Notes under the pieces: model-generated
Databases searched by the model: none
What the model saw: only the letters and a program-made list of their open reading frames with translations
What the model was told of the DNA's origin: nothing
In this document: positions 49,401-61,300 of the stretch, piece after piece
Layout: every line of letters begins with the position of its first letter
Numbering within the stretch: position 1 is the first letter of the stretch
DNA from: a virus
Length of the DNA: 64,000 nucleotides
Strand: one strand, 5' to 3'
IMG/VR virus record: IMGVR_UViG_3300043436_003929
Coordinates: 4,664-68,663 of that record
Made by a program: the position numbers and the translations under genes

Positions 49401-50769
49401 CATACTAACAGTTGATACAAGAATAACTGGTGGTACCTCTTCAGCCACAAATAGATTTGTTTTACCATTAAACGCATTTGCGTCTTATAACTTTAATGTA
49501 AATTGGGGTGATGGTACCTCTCAAACAGTAACAACTTCAAGTAATGTTACTAAAACCTACGCAACACCAGGAATATACGACATAAAAATTACAGGAACAT
49601 TCCCACGAATATTCTTTAATAATACAGGTGATAGATTAAAAGTTCTTAATGTTAAGAATTGGGGTAATATTGTTTGGTCGATATTTGCTGCGGCATTTAG
49701 AGGTTGTAGTAATATGGATGTTACGGCACCTGATGCTCCGATTTTAAGTGCGGTAACAGAAGTAACTGAAATGTTTTTATCGTGTACTTCGTTATCTGGA
49801 ACTTCGGCATTTAGTTCATGGAATGTAAGTAATATCCAAAACTTTAACTTTATGCTTTCGGAAACACAATTCAATCAAGATGTAAGTTCTTGGAATGTTG
49901 CTAACGGACAACTTTTTACGGCATTGTTTAGAGGAACACCATTTAATAAACCTTTAAATTCATGGAATATGGCTAATGCGGTTGCTACGGCTTCTATGTT
50001 CCAAAATAACGTACATTTCAATCAACCTCTAAATTTATGGAATACAGGTAAATTGGACACAATAAGTACTATGTTTGAAAATGCAACAGCATTTAATCAA
50101 GATATTAGCATGTGGAACACAAGTACAATTAGGTTTATGGAAGGTACATTTAGAGGTGCCACAGCATTTAACCAACCAATAGGTTCTTGGAATACAGGTA
50201 ATGTAACAACTATGCAAGATTTGTTCCAAAGAGCAAGAGTATTTAATCAACCTATTGGATCATGGAATACGGGTAATGTAACTATTATGTCTGGTATGTT
50301 TAATGAAGCGGAAGTATTCAACCACCCAATTAACTCATTTAACACTAGTAAAGTGACAAATATGTCAGTTATGTTTCAAAATGCGTTTGCATTTAACCAG
50401 CCAGTAGGTTCGTGGAATGTAAGTGGTGTGACAAGTATGTCACTTATGTTTGCAGGAGCGGCATCATTTAATCAAAATATTGGTACATGGAACTTGAGAC
50501 TTAATGGTGTGGGTATGAGTTTTATGTTGAATAGTTGTGGTATGAACATTGAAAACTATTCAAGAACATTGATTGGTTGGGCTAATTATGCGAGTGCTAA
50601 TGCTAACAGACCTCTTAATGTTACTTTGAATTCAAATGGAAGAACCTACAACTGTATTAATTATGTGACAGGTCAAACTTATAATAATGCGGTTGTCTCA
50701 AGGTCTTACTTAGATGTAGGTGCTCCGAATTGGAGCATTTCCGGTGATGCCCAAGTTGGCACTTGTTAG
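46453..50769 (+). CDS. Giant surface/decoration protein with mucin-like T/P linkers and two PKD-like + BspA/DUF285 repeat modules
   Basis: VDWGDG...[12 protein letters not shown]; ~25-aa repeats [20 protein letters not shown]; [10 protein letters not shown]. Confidence 0.88.
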
Positions 50770-50809
50770 AATAATTTAATATTTTTTTTAATAAAAGATA
50801 ATCTTGTAA

Positions 50810-50821
50810 TATTTATTTATA
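50810..50821 (+). promoter_or_regulatory. Putative late promoter TATTTATTTATA
   Basis: 14 nt before the ATG at 50836. Confidence 0.5.
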
Positions 50822-50835
50822 AAATAAGAATAAAT

Positions 50836-51438
50836 ATGGCATGTAGTAAATATACATTAACTAATACCGGTTCTACCGTAGTAAACTTTAACTATAGAAA
50901 ATGTGACGATTCTATGTGGCAATATCAGGTAAACCTTAATCCAAATGAAACAAAAAATATTTGGTTAATCAACGGAACTTATGATGTTGCTCAGGTATTT
51001 GAATCAAAAATTGTGTTAGTTAATGATGGTGTATACCCTTTAACTCCAACACCAACAAGAACTCCAACACCGACACCAAGTCCAACAACAACCACAACAC
51101 CAACACCGACTATTACACCTACGCCTACAATTACTCCAACTAATACTCAAACACCTACTATCACGCCTACTATTACACCTACCGCATCACAAACATTTTT
51201 CTTCACATATTACTTAGGTTTTGACCCTTCTAATTCTTTAGATGCTTGTGCGGGTACACTTGACCCATACTATCTTGGATATTTTTTCAGACCTGAACCA
51301 AGTCTTGGTGAACGCATTTACATTAATAACACACTTACAACACCAGCACCTGATGGATTCTATTCTAACGGAACCGCTTGGTGGCAAGTAACGGGAGGAT
51401 CTGGATTAATTACCTCAACCGATCCTAACGGGTGTTAA
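50836..51438 (+). CDS. Small T/P-linker protein with MACSKY N-terminal domain
   Basis: N-terminal ~65 aa paralogous to the 58369 ORF. Confidence 0.75.
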   Translation: MACSKYTLTNTGSTVVNFNYRKCDDSMWQYQVNLNPNETKNIWLINGTYDVAQVFESKIVLVNDGVYPLTPTPTRTPTPTPSPTTTTTPTPTITPTPTITPTNTQTPTITPTITPTASQTFFFTYYLGFDPSNSLDACAGTLDPYYLGYFFRPEPSLGERIYINNTLTTPAPDGFYSNGTAWWQVTGGSGLITSTDPNGC

Positions 51439-51520
51439 TGAAAAATATTTGGTTAATTTAATCAAACTAAGATTTATATAACATTTTATTTTATTCTACT
51501 TAAGTTTTATAAAACAAGAA

Positions 51521-51528
51521 TATTTATA
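51521..51528 (+). promoter_or_regulatory. Putative late promoter TATTTATA
   Basis: 12 nt before the ATG at 51541. Confidence 0.5.
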
Positions 51529-51540
51529 AAATAAAAGAAT

Positions 51541-54500
51541 ATGCCAAATTTACCAATATCCCAATTACCATTAACAACATCAGGTCAACCTGAATCTTAT
51601 ATGGTGATTGTTAATTATGATGTAGATCCGTCAGGAGTCACCAATAGAATATATTTTTCATCATTAACACAACAGTTTTCAGGATCAACTGGAACAACAG
51701 GGTCAAGTGGAACATCAGGATCAAGTGGAACCTCAGGTTTAGATGGATCTAGTGGTTCATCAGGAACTAGTGGGTCTGATGGAAGTTCAGGTTCTTCTGG
51801 AACTTCTGGAACAAGTGGTCAAGATGGAATTTCAAACGTATTATTTAATTTTCAAGCAAAAACAACAATCAATACAGGAGATCCTGGTATAGGTTATATT
51901 ATTTGGAGCAATCCAACTCAAGTTAACTCAACCTTTATAAATGTTAGTAGTTTTCAAACTGGTGGAGATGATATAGGTATATTTTTATCTTTATTAAAAG
52001 AGGATACTACCGTTGTTTTACAAGATAAAACAAATAGTTTATTATTTCAAAAGTTTAATATTGGTACATCAACTTATAACGGAACTTATTGGCAATACCC
52101 TGTAACTTTATTAGAAGGTAATACTCAATTCTTAGATGATCAAGAATTGTTATTTATAGTTGCTGCTTTACCATCAGGAACAAGTGGATCGGATGGTAGT
52201 TCAGGTTCGTCAGGAACAAGTGGTATTGATGGTAGTTCAGGTTCGTCGGGAACAAGTGGTATTGATGGATCAAGTGGTTCTTCAGGAACTAGCGGTACTG
52301 ATGGTTCAAGCGGATCTTCGGGTGTTTCAGGGTCTGATGGTTCAAGCGGGTCATCTGGAACATCAGGTGTTGATGGATCAAGTGGTTCTTCAGGAACAAG
52401 TGGTATTGATGGTAGTTCAGGTTCAAGTGGAACAAGTGGTATTGATGGTAGTTCAGGCTCGTCGGGAACATCAGGTTCGGACGGTAGTTCAGGCTCGTCG
52501 GGAACATCAGGTTCAGACGGTAGTTCAGGATCAAGCGGAACTTCTGGTGTTGACGGATCAAGTGGTTCTTCAGGAAGTTCTGGTTCATCTGGAACATCAG
52601 GTTCAAGTGGATCATCAGGAAGTTCTGGATCATCTGGAACATCAGGAACAAGTGGTGAAAATGGTATATCAAATGTACTATTTGAATATAGGGCAGATAC
52701 TCTCACATATTCAGGAGACCCAGGTTCAACAAGAATCCTTTGGAGTGATATAACACAAAGTGCTTCTACATTTATAAATGTTAGTAAACTTGATTCTACT
52801 GAAACTAATATAAATGTATTTTTAGATTTTATAAAAAATGGTTCAACCATAGTTATTCAAGATCCAGATAATGATCTTATATATCAAAAGTTTTTAGTTG
52901 GTCAACCAGTTAAATTCTCGACTTATTTTCAATTTCCAGTCACCTTATTAGAGGGTGATGGTCAGTTCAATAATAACCAAACTGTGTTATTTATTCTACT
53001 TGCACAACCATCAGGAACATCTGGTTCAAGTGGTTCAAGTGGTTCATCAGGTTCAAGTGGAACATCTGGTTCAAGTGGTTCATCAGGAACTTCTGGATCG
53101 GATGGTTCATCAGGTTCAAGTGGAACGTCAGGTTCAGATGGTTCAAGTGGTTCATCAGGAACTTCTGGGTCAGATGGATCAAGTGGTTCATCAGGAACTT
53201 CAGGTATTGATGGATCAAGTGGTTCATCAGGAACGTCTGGTTTAGACGGATCAAGTGGTTCATCAGGAACTAGCGGAACAGATGGAAGTTCAGGTTCATC
53301 AGGAACTAGTGGATCGGATGGAAGTTCAGGTTCATCAGGAACTAGTGGATCTTCAGGTTCAAGTGGAACATCTGGTGTTGATGGTTCAAGCGGTTCGTCA
53401 GGAACCTCAGGATCAAGTGGTTCGTCAGGAACATCAGGTTCATCAGGTACTTCAGGAACATCAGGTTCAAGTGGAACGAGTGGTGAGAATGGTATATCAA
53501 ATGTATTATTTAATTTTAAGGCAGAGACCGACATCAATACAGGAAATCCTGGTTCTACCAGTATTATTTGGAGTAATCCAATTCAAGTAAACTCAACATT
53601 TATAAATGTTAGTAAGTTTGACTTCGCTGGAAACAATGTAAGTGTGTTTTTAGATTTTATAAAAAATGGATCGACTATTATTATTCAAGATCCTGATAGT
53701 GATCTTATATATCAAAAGTTTTTAGTTGGTCAACCAGTTAAGTTTTTATCTTATTTCCAATTCCCAGTTACCTTATTAGAGGGTGATGGTCAATTTGATA
53801 ATAACAAAAGAATAATGTTAATTCTTATTGCACAACCATCAGGAACTTCTGGTAGTTCGGGTAGTTCTGGTTCATCAGGAACATCAGGATTAAATGGTAG
53901 TTCGGGAACTTCTGGTTCAAGTGGTTCATCAGGAACTTCTGGATCGTCAGGTTCAAGTGGAACATCAGGATCGTCGGGAACTAGTGGTTCATCAGGAACT
54001 AGTGGTAAAGACGGAACAAGTGGAACATCAGGATCGGGTTCTGTTGTTGTTTTTACGGCATCAACTCAGATTACACGAGGATATGCTGTTAGATTAAACA
54101 CTAACGGTCAAATAGTTAATGGTAGTTTTGACACTAATTTACCAATTATAGGTATTGCTCAACAATCAGGAACAACAGGTACAACAGTACAGGTTTCAGT
54201 TGAGGGTAGTGTGTCAGAGGTTCATACAGGTTTAACACCAGGTTCTGATTATTTTGCAGATGCTAATGGATTGATAACATTAACAGGTCAAACTTATGTG
54301 GGAATTGCTTTATCACCAACTCAAATAAATGTTATATTTTCAACTTCTGGTGGAATATCAACACCATCATTAGCGGTAATAGATAATACGATTGGTAATC
54401 CTATAAACATATCAGCACCTGGTCGTTATATTGTTCCAGCGTCTGGTGTTACAGGATCATTTATTGGTCAGCAAAATAACTATGCGGACTATAATGGTAC

Positions 54501-57500
54501 CACATTCACATTTGTATCACCATCAACGGGTGATAAAGTATCAATAGCAACTGGTCCTAACGCAGGAAATGTTTATACATATACTATTCTTGGTTGGGTT
54601 CTATCAGGACAAGTTACAATCATACCAACTTCAAATTGGATTATAACATCAAGTTATAGACAAAATGATTTGGTTATTTATAATAATATTCTTTATCAAG
54701 CAAATTCAAATATTCCTGCAAATACAGCATTTATTGAAGGAACTAGTGGTTTAACTTGGAAACAAATTGGATCGGGACCAACCATTCCTGAATATGGTGA
54801 AATATTCTTAACAAATTCGGTTAGTGTATTAGGATCACCAGGAACAACTATATTGACGGCTAATATCCCATCAGCGGGAACTTGGGTAATAAATTATTAT
54901 GCCAATATCAACTGGGGTGCCGGTAGTGCTGATGATGAAGGTAGACTATTTTTAGTTGATGGTGTGGGTAATACTATAAATGGTTCTCAAAGTTTCGGTT
55001 ATATTACATCAAATTCAAATATGGCTGCGGTATATTCCAACCAAATAACATTCACAACAACAGCACCAACAACGGTTAGTTTAAGAGGTATAAGAATATC
55101 TGGTAATTTTATGAATGCTCTTGGAACCGCAAGTAATGGTGGAACAAAATTATCTTGGAATAAAATAAGTGGATTTTTACCATCAAACGGAACTGTTGGT
55201 TCTCTTGCTAAATATACACGAAATGTGGGACAAGGTTTAATTACAAATGGAACTATTGTATTATGTAATGTTCCAGAGTTCGCAACCAATACAACAAACA
55301 TAGGTGTTAATACATCAACAGGTATTATTACACTACAACCAGGAATTACATATAGGCTAAGGGGTTCAATCCCTACCTTTACGACAAGTGCTGCCGGTGG
55401 TTCAATATCTTACGGGTGGTTTAATCAAACAACAAGTGCTTATGTAGGTGAGATTGGAGCGACTTATGTTCCAGCCAGTTCTGCCCAATTTGGAGCAACA
55501 GGAGGTGCTGCTGAGTTTGTATTTACTCCAACAGTCGTAACACAAATGTCTTTTAGAGTTATAAACGCAAATAATGTGAATATCATAGGTGGTAATACCG
55601 ACTTTACAACAGCGGGTTCGTGGCCTTGGATTGAGATAGAACAACTTGGAACATCAAATGTTTCTCAATTCTTGGGAACATTATCGAATTCTTGGTCTAT
55701 TGGAAATACATATCCATCAGGTGCTTTAGTTGTTAATAATAATGGTCTTTATCAAGCAAACACAACAATTCCGGCAGGAACTGCATTTGTGGAAGGTGAT
55801 TCAGGAACAACTTGGAGAGCAATTGGTGAGGCTCCAACTATTCCTGAAAATGGTCAAACATTCTTAACTAATAATGTTAGTATAACAACAACACCAGGAA
55901 CAGACATTTTAACTGCAAATATACCATCAGCGGGAACTTGGCAAATAAACTATTATGCCAATATCAACTTTAATGCACCAGGTGCTTTTGACGAAGGTAG
56001 AGTATTTTTAGTTGATAACTCAGGTAATCAAATAAATGGTTCTCAAAGTTATGGTTATATTACAGATGCCTCTAATATGGCTGCAGTATATTCCAACCAA
56101 ATAATTTTAACCACCACCTCACCAACAACAGTTACATTAAGAGGTATAAGAATATCTGGTAATAATATGATTGCACTTGGAACCGCTAATAGTGCTGGAA
56201 CAAAAATAATTTGGAATAAGATAGGTGGATATTTACCATCAACAGGTAGTATAAGTACTTCTCGTAGTGCGACTTTATCGGCAATATTACTTGGTAATCT
56301 TCTTGTCGGTCAAGATATGACAACCGTAACTAATAGTGTTGGAAACATTCCTTTAAGTAATTCAGGTGTATGGACTTTAACCGCAGGTGTGACGTATCAA
56401 TTAGAATGCTCACTTACTTATGATGCGGGAGGATCAAATCAATTTATAGGAGATAATTTCGTTCAATTTGTAGATGCTACAACAAATACCCCATTACCAA
56501 ACCAAAATGGTGCAGCTACACTAACACCATTCTTTACGGGTAGAGGTGTTTCAAGACCAGGTTATTGTATCTTTCAATATACACCATCTACCAACCAAAC
56601 AATAAAATTGAGGGTTACTTATCAAAATAATACTGGTTCGTTAGCCGCTCAAACATTTATCAACCAACTTGGAACAACAAATGTATCTCAGTTTGTAGGG
56701 ACATTATCCAACTCTTGGTCAATTGGAAACACATATCCATCAGGAACATTAGTTGTTAATGATGATGCTCTTTATCAAGCAAACACAACAATACCTGCAG
56801 GAATACCATTTGAAACAGGAGTTAGCGGTTCAACTTGGACTCCAATTGGATCATCAGCATTACGTAACATAACCAAAATTGCGTTGAGAGGTTGGGGAAG
56901 TGGATTATTAGTCGCTGATAATAAAATATACACATTTAATGGAACACAAGGTAATGGTAATTGGATTCGTGCGGTTACTAATGGAACGGGTAGTGGTTTT
57001 TACGGATTAGATTCAATGCGTGAAGTTATTATACCGAATGAAACCGGCAATTTAATTGACGCAGGATCACAAAGTTCTCAAGCATACGCATTATTTGATA
57101 ATGGTAATCTCTATATGTGGGGATATAATGAACAAGGACAACTTGGAATAGGTAATAACACAAGTCAATTTTATCCTGTATTAAGTACAACTAATGTTAC
57201 TAAAGTTTATTCTCATCCAGCACAAGATGCTCGTAGTGACGCATTTGGTCGTTGGTTTATTCTTAAAACAGATGGTAAAGTTTATGGAACTGGATATAAT
57301 GGATTTGGTGAGTTGGGTGTTGGTAATACAACAGACCGAAACACTTGGACTGAAATAACAGGAGCGGGATTAAATCCAAAATCGGTATGGACTTTGGGTT
57401 CTTACGCGGGAACTACAATTATACAAAGATCGGACAACACTATTTGGGTTTGTGGTTATAATGGGTTCGGTCAATTAGGTAATGGAAATACAACCAATCA

Positions 57501-58260
57501 AACATCATTTGTAAATGTTACAACAGCATGGAATGGTGGTGATAATAATATGGTTATTCAAGAAGTAGGTTATGGTGGTGGATATAATGATGGTAGTACT
57601 ACCGAAGCAACATCAATAACATTATTTATGGATAATGGAACAACATCTCGTATTGCTTCTTCTGGTAATAATAATTGGGGTCAATTAGGAGATGGGACTT
57701 TTGTTCAAAAAACCTCACCTGTAACACCAACAGGTTTTTCAGGTAGAGTTTCCAAAATGGTTCGTATTGGAGGATCACCTGGTAGTGTTTGGTTATTACG
57801 TACAGACGGAACATTATGGAATTGGGGATATAACGGTCAAGGACAACTTGATAGAGGAACTATAGGTGGAAGTATTACAACACCAGCTCAAGTAGAAACA
57901 GATGTGTTAGATATATCAATTCATAACCACACTTGGTATGGTTGGAATTACCAAGTTGCATCACCTGTTGTTCGTAAAGCAGATGGATATTATCGTTGTG
58001 GGTTTAATGGTCACGGTCAATTAGGTGATGGAACCACAACTAATCGTGGTAATTTAGTTAAAATGCGTTTTCCTGCGGGCATTGTAATAAAAATGTTTGG
58101 AGCCCTTAGCGGATCAAATGAGCGTGTCACATTCTACGCAGTTGATAATACAAATAAACTATGGGCTTGGGGAGAACAAAGTTACCTTTCAATATACTCG
58201 ATTTCAGGAGAACTTTTACCAACACCAGTTCAAGTCGTTCCTTCTGTATTGATAAAATAA
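51541..58260 (+). CDS. Giant fibre-like protein with Gly-X-Y repeats, repeated domains and C-terminal RCC1-like propeller
   Basis: MPNLPISQLP start; GSSGTS repeats; ISNVLF domain three times; WGYNEQGQLGIG, GYNGFGELGVG and GNNNWGQLGDG RCC1 repeats. Confidence 0.85.
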   Translation: MPNLPISQLPLTTSGQPESYMVIVNYDVDPSGVTNRIYFSSLTQQFSGSTGTTGSSGTSGSSGTSGLDGSSGSSGTSGSDGSSGSSGTSGTSGQDGISNVLFNFQAKTTINTGDPGIGYIIWSNPTQVNSTFINVSSFQTGGDDIGIFLSLLKEDTTVVLQDKTNSLLFQKFNIGTSTYNGTYWQYPVTLLEGNTQFLDDQELLFIVAALPSGTSGSDGSSGSSGTSGIDGSSGSSGTSGIDGSSGSSGTSGTDGSSGSSGVSGSDGSSGSSGTSGVDGSSGSSGTSGIDGSSGSSGTSGIDGSSGSSGTSGSDGSSGSSGTSGSDGSSGSSGTSGVDGSSGSSGSSGSSGTSGSSGSSGSSGSSGTSGTSGENGISNVLFEYRADTLTYSGDPGSTRILWSDITQSASTFINVSKLDSTETNINVFLDFIKNGSTIVIQDPDNDLIYQKFLVGQPVKFSTYFQFPVTLLEGDGQFNNNQTVLFILLAQPSGTSGSSGSSGSSGSSGTSGSSGSSGTSGSDGSSGSSGTSGSDGSSGSSGTSGSDGSSGSSGTSGIDGSSGSSGTSGLDGSSGSSGTSGTDGSSGSSGTSGSDGSSGSSGTSGSSGSSGTSGVDGSSGSSGTSGSSGSSGTSGSSGTSGTSGSSGTSGENGISNVLFNFKAETDINTGNPGSTSIIWSNPIQVNSTFINVSKFDFAGNNVSVFLDFIKNGSTIIIQDPDSDLIYQKFLVGQPVKFLSYFQFPVTLLEGDGQFDNNKRIMLILIAQPSGTSGSSGSSGSSGTSGLNGSSGTSGSSGSSGTSGSSGSSGTSGSSGTSGSSGTSGKDGTSGTSGSGSVVVFTASTQITRGYAVRLNTNGQIVNGSFDTNLPIIGIAQQSGTTGTTVQVSVEGSVSEVHTGLTPGSDYFADANGLITLTGQTYVGIALSPTQINVIFSTSGGISTPSLAVIDNTIGNPINISAPGRYIVPASGVTGSFIGQQNNYADYNGTTFTFVSPSTGDKVSIATGPNAGNVYTYTILGWVLSGQVTIIPTSNWIITSSYRQNDLVIYNNILYQANSNIPANTAFIEGTSGLTWKQIGSGPTIPEYGEIFLTNSVSVLGSPGTTILTANIPSAGTWVINYYANINWGAGSADDEGRLFLVDGVGNTINGSQSFGYITSNSNMAAVYSNQITFTTTAPTTVSLRGIRISGNFMNALGTASNGGTKLSWNKISGFLPSNGTVGSLAKYTRNVGQGLITNGTIVLCNVPEFATNTTNIGVNTSTGIITLQPGITYRLRGSIPTFTTSAAGGSISYGWFNQTTSAYVGEIGATYVPASSAQFGATGGAAEFVFTPTVVTQMSFRVINANNVNIIGGNTDFTTAGSWPWIEIEQLGTSNVSQFLGTLSNSWSIGNTYPSGALVVNNNGLYQANTTIPAGTAFVEGDSGTTWRAIGEAPTIPENGQTFLTNNVSITTTPGTDILTANIPSAGTWQINYYANINFNAPGAFDEGRVFLVDNSGNQINGSQSYGYITDASNMAAVYSNQIILTTTSPTTVTLRGIRISGNNMIALGTANSAGTKIIWNKIGGYLPSTGSISTSRSATLSAILLGNLLVGQDMTTVTNSVGNIPLSNSGVWTLTAGVTYQLECSLTYDAGGSNQFIGDNFVQFVDATTNTPLPNQNGAATLTPFFTGRGVSRPGYCIFQYTPSTNQTIKLRVTYQNNTGSLAAQTFINQLGTTNVSQFVGTLSNSWSIGNTYPSGTLVVNDDALYQANTTIPAGIPFETGVSGSTWTPIGSSALRNITKIALRGWGSGLLVADNKIYTFNGTQGNGNWIRAVTNGTGSGFYGLDSMREVIIPNETGNLIDAGSQSSQAYALFDNGNLYMWGYNEQGQLGIGNNTSQFYPVLSTTNVTKVYSHPAQDARSDAFGRWFILKTDGKVYGTGYNGFGELGVGNTTDRNTWTEITGAGLNPKSVWTLGSYAGTTIIQRSDNTIWVCGYNGFGQLGNGNTTNQTSFVNVTTAWNGGDNNMVIQEVGYGGGYNDGSTTEATSITLFMDNGTTSRIASSGNNNWGQLGDGTFVQKTSPVTPTGFSGRVSKMVRIGGSPGSVWLLRTDGTLWNWGYNGQGQLDRGTIGGSITTPAQVETDVLDISIHNHTWYGWNYQVASPVVRKADGYYRCGFNGHGQLGDGTTTNRGNLVKMRFPAGIVIKMFGALSGSNERVTFYAVDNTNKLWAWGEQSYLSIYSISGELLPTPVQVVPSVLIK

Positions 58261-58304
58261 TGATTGAGTCATTTAGATTAGAATTGATCATTAAATTTTT
58301 TAAT

Positions 58305-58333
58305 AAAAAAATCCACCTTATGGTGGATTTTTT
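58305..58333 (+). terminator. Intrinsic terminator
   Basis: AAAAAAATCCACC-TTAT-GGTGGATTTTTT. Confidence 0.88.
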
Positions 58334-58343
58334 ATTTTACAAC

Positions 58344-58351
58344 TATTTATA
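58344..58351 (+). promoter_or_regulatory. Putative late promoter TATTTATA
   Basis: Between the terminator and the ATG at 58369. Confidence 0.55.
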
Positions 58352-58368
58352 TCTAAACAACTAATAAG

Positions 58369-61300
58369 ATGGCGTGTAGTAAATATACTTTAACAAATAC
58401 GGGAACAACTATAGTAAACTTTAACTATAGAAGATGTGATGATTCAATGTGGCAATATCAAGTAAATCTTGATATAAATGAAACCAAATCTATTTGGTTA
58501 ATAGATGGTACTTTCAATATATCTGATTACTTTGGATCTATAGTTGAGATAACTAACGATGGCGGTTTTCCGCCTAATCCAACACCAACACCAAGCGTTA
58601 CACCAACTCTTACTCCAACAGTTACAGAAACTCCAACTAACACACCGACTAATACGGAAACTCCAACACCAACAACCACCATTACCTCAACGCCAACAAA
58701 TACTCCAACTAACACCCCAACCAATACAGAGACTCCTACTCCAACAACAACAGAAACTCCAACACCGACTAATACGGAAACACCTACTAACACTCCAACT
58801 GAAACTCCAACAAATACTCCAACTCCAACAATTACTCAAACGCCAGGTTTATCACCAAGTGAGACACCAACAAATACTCCGACTGAGACTCCTACTCCAA
58901 CGGTTACAGAAACAACTGCGGAGACACCAACACCTACAACAACAGAAACTCCAACCGAAACTCCAACATCAACAGTTACAGAAACACCTACTAATACTCC
59001 AACACCGACAACAACTGAAACACCAGGATTATCTCCAAGTGAGACACCGACTAATACTCCAACGGAAACACCAACAGAAACTCCTACTGCAACTATAACA
59101 GAGACACCAACTAATACTCCAACTGAAACTCCTACATCAACTGTAACAGAAACTCCTACTGAAACACCTACAAATACACCAACGCCAACTGTGAGTGAAA
59201 CACCTGGATTAACTCCAAGTGAAACTCCAACAAATACTCCAACCGCAACTGTAACAGAAACAACAACTCCTACTCCGACACTAACACAAACTCCAACTTC
59301 AACTGACTTGAGTTCAATAACTACATACAGTATTTCAGGATGTACTAATCTAAATGTTTTAGTTGTTGATTTAGGACCAGGATTTATAGTTCCTGGAGAT
59401 GTATTCTATTTCACATTCACAGGATCAACACCAAGTGGATGTTATTCAGTCATTGGTAAGATAAATGCTCCGATAGATGATGCGTATATCACATCGTCTG
59501 CGTATGGTAACTGTAATGATTGTGAGATTTCTAATATAACTCCAACCCCAACTAATACACCAACTGAGACTCCAACACCAACAGTAACTGAAACTCCGAC
59601 TGAAACTCCAACAAATACACCAACGCCAACTGTGAGTGAAACACCTGGATTAACTCCAAGTGAAACTCCAACAAATACCCCAACATCGACAGAAACTCCT
59701 ACCGAGACTCCAACTAATACACCAACATCAACTGAGACTCCAACACCAACGACAACAGAAACTCCAACAAATACTCCGACACCGAGTGTAACACCTGAAC
59801 CTGTGACAGGTTATTCATTTAACTTGGTTGTTCTTCCTTATAATTTCCCAACTTCGGGTAATACAATTATGAATCAGGGGGCAATCCAAACGGGTACCAC
59901 AAATCCAAATGAATTAAACATAAATGATAGAGGAATTTATTTTAATTCAATTGATTCTGACGGTGTTGATAGAGAAAGTTATTTCTCTCAATTTACAGGT
60001 CAAAGTGTGACAATAACTATGAGTCAGACAGGAAGTACTGCAATATATTCAGGTGATACAAATGCATTTAAATATTGGTCAGCCAATACAGGTACACCTC
60101 CAGGTGTGCCGGGCGATGGTTTTGTTTTTGGTCAAGGTATAGATGTTCCTCCAATGACTGGTTTAACAGGAACAACCGTTCTTATTCAATCCGCAACAAC
60201 AAATTGGACAGTCGGATTACCTGTTTATATTAGTTTGGTTGTTAATGGTGGTGTTACACCAACTCCAACACCTACTCCAACTGAAACTCCTACAAATACA
60301 CCAACTCCAACTGTGAGTGAAACACCTGGATTAACTCCAACTAACACACCAACAAATACTGAAACTCCTACTGAAACTCCAACCAATACACCGACCGAAA
60401 CCCCTACTAATACACCAACTGAAACTCCAACCGAGACTCCAACAAATACTCCGACACCAACTGTGAGTGAAACACCGGGATTAACACCAAGTGAAACTCC
60501 TACCGAGACTCCAACTAATACTCCAACGGAAACTCCTACCGAGACTCCAACTAATACTCCAACAGAAACGCCTACATCAACTGTAACCGAGACACCAACT
60601 AATACTCCAACTGAAACTCCTACAAACACTCCAACACCGACATCAGGTGTGGCATCTTCATTTAGTGTATTATTTGTAGAATCAGGTCTTGATATTGAAA
60701 TGTACTTCTCAGGTACACTTGATTTAACTGGTTTAGATTATGTTCAAGACTTAAATAATGTAACTGGAGGTGTGAATGTTAATTCAGCGGCATTTGGAAT
60801 TGGACCTAACAATGTTACTGGATCGTTATACACAGGATCAACATTTACTCATCCATCAAACTTTGGACCTGGTGGTGGATTCCCATCATCTATAACTGGT
60901 TCGGGTGATTACTTTGGTGTATTTAACGGTGTTTTACCTGATTATACTTTGGTTGTTCCTGTGGGATATAATTCAGGAACTTACATTTCAGGAACAACAA
61001 CATTAGTTGGAGCATCATTTACAAGTTTGGGAATGGATACAGGAACTTACAATTATTCTTGGGGAGCAGGTTTGGGACAATCATTTGTCGTTACAATTAG
61101 CGGATCAAGTGTAACACCAACCCCTACTCCAACAGCAACTGAAACTCCAACCCCTACCGAAACTGAAACTCCAACCCCTACTCCAACAGTAACCGAAACG
61201 CCAACAAATACCCCTACTGAAACCCCTACTGAGACTCCAACCGAAACTCCTACTGAGACTCCAACCAATACTCCTACCGAAACTGAAACTCCAACACCGA

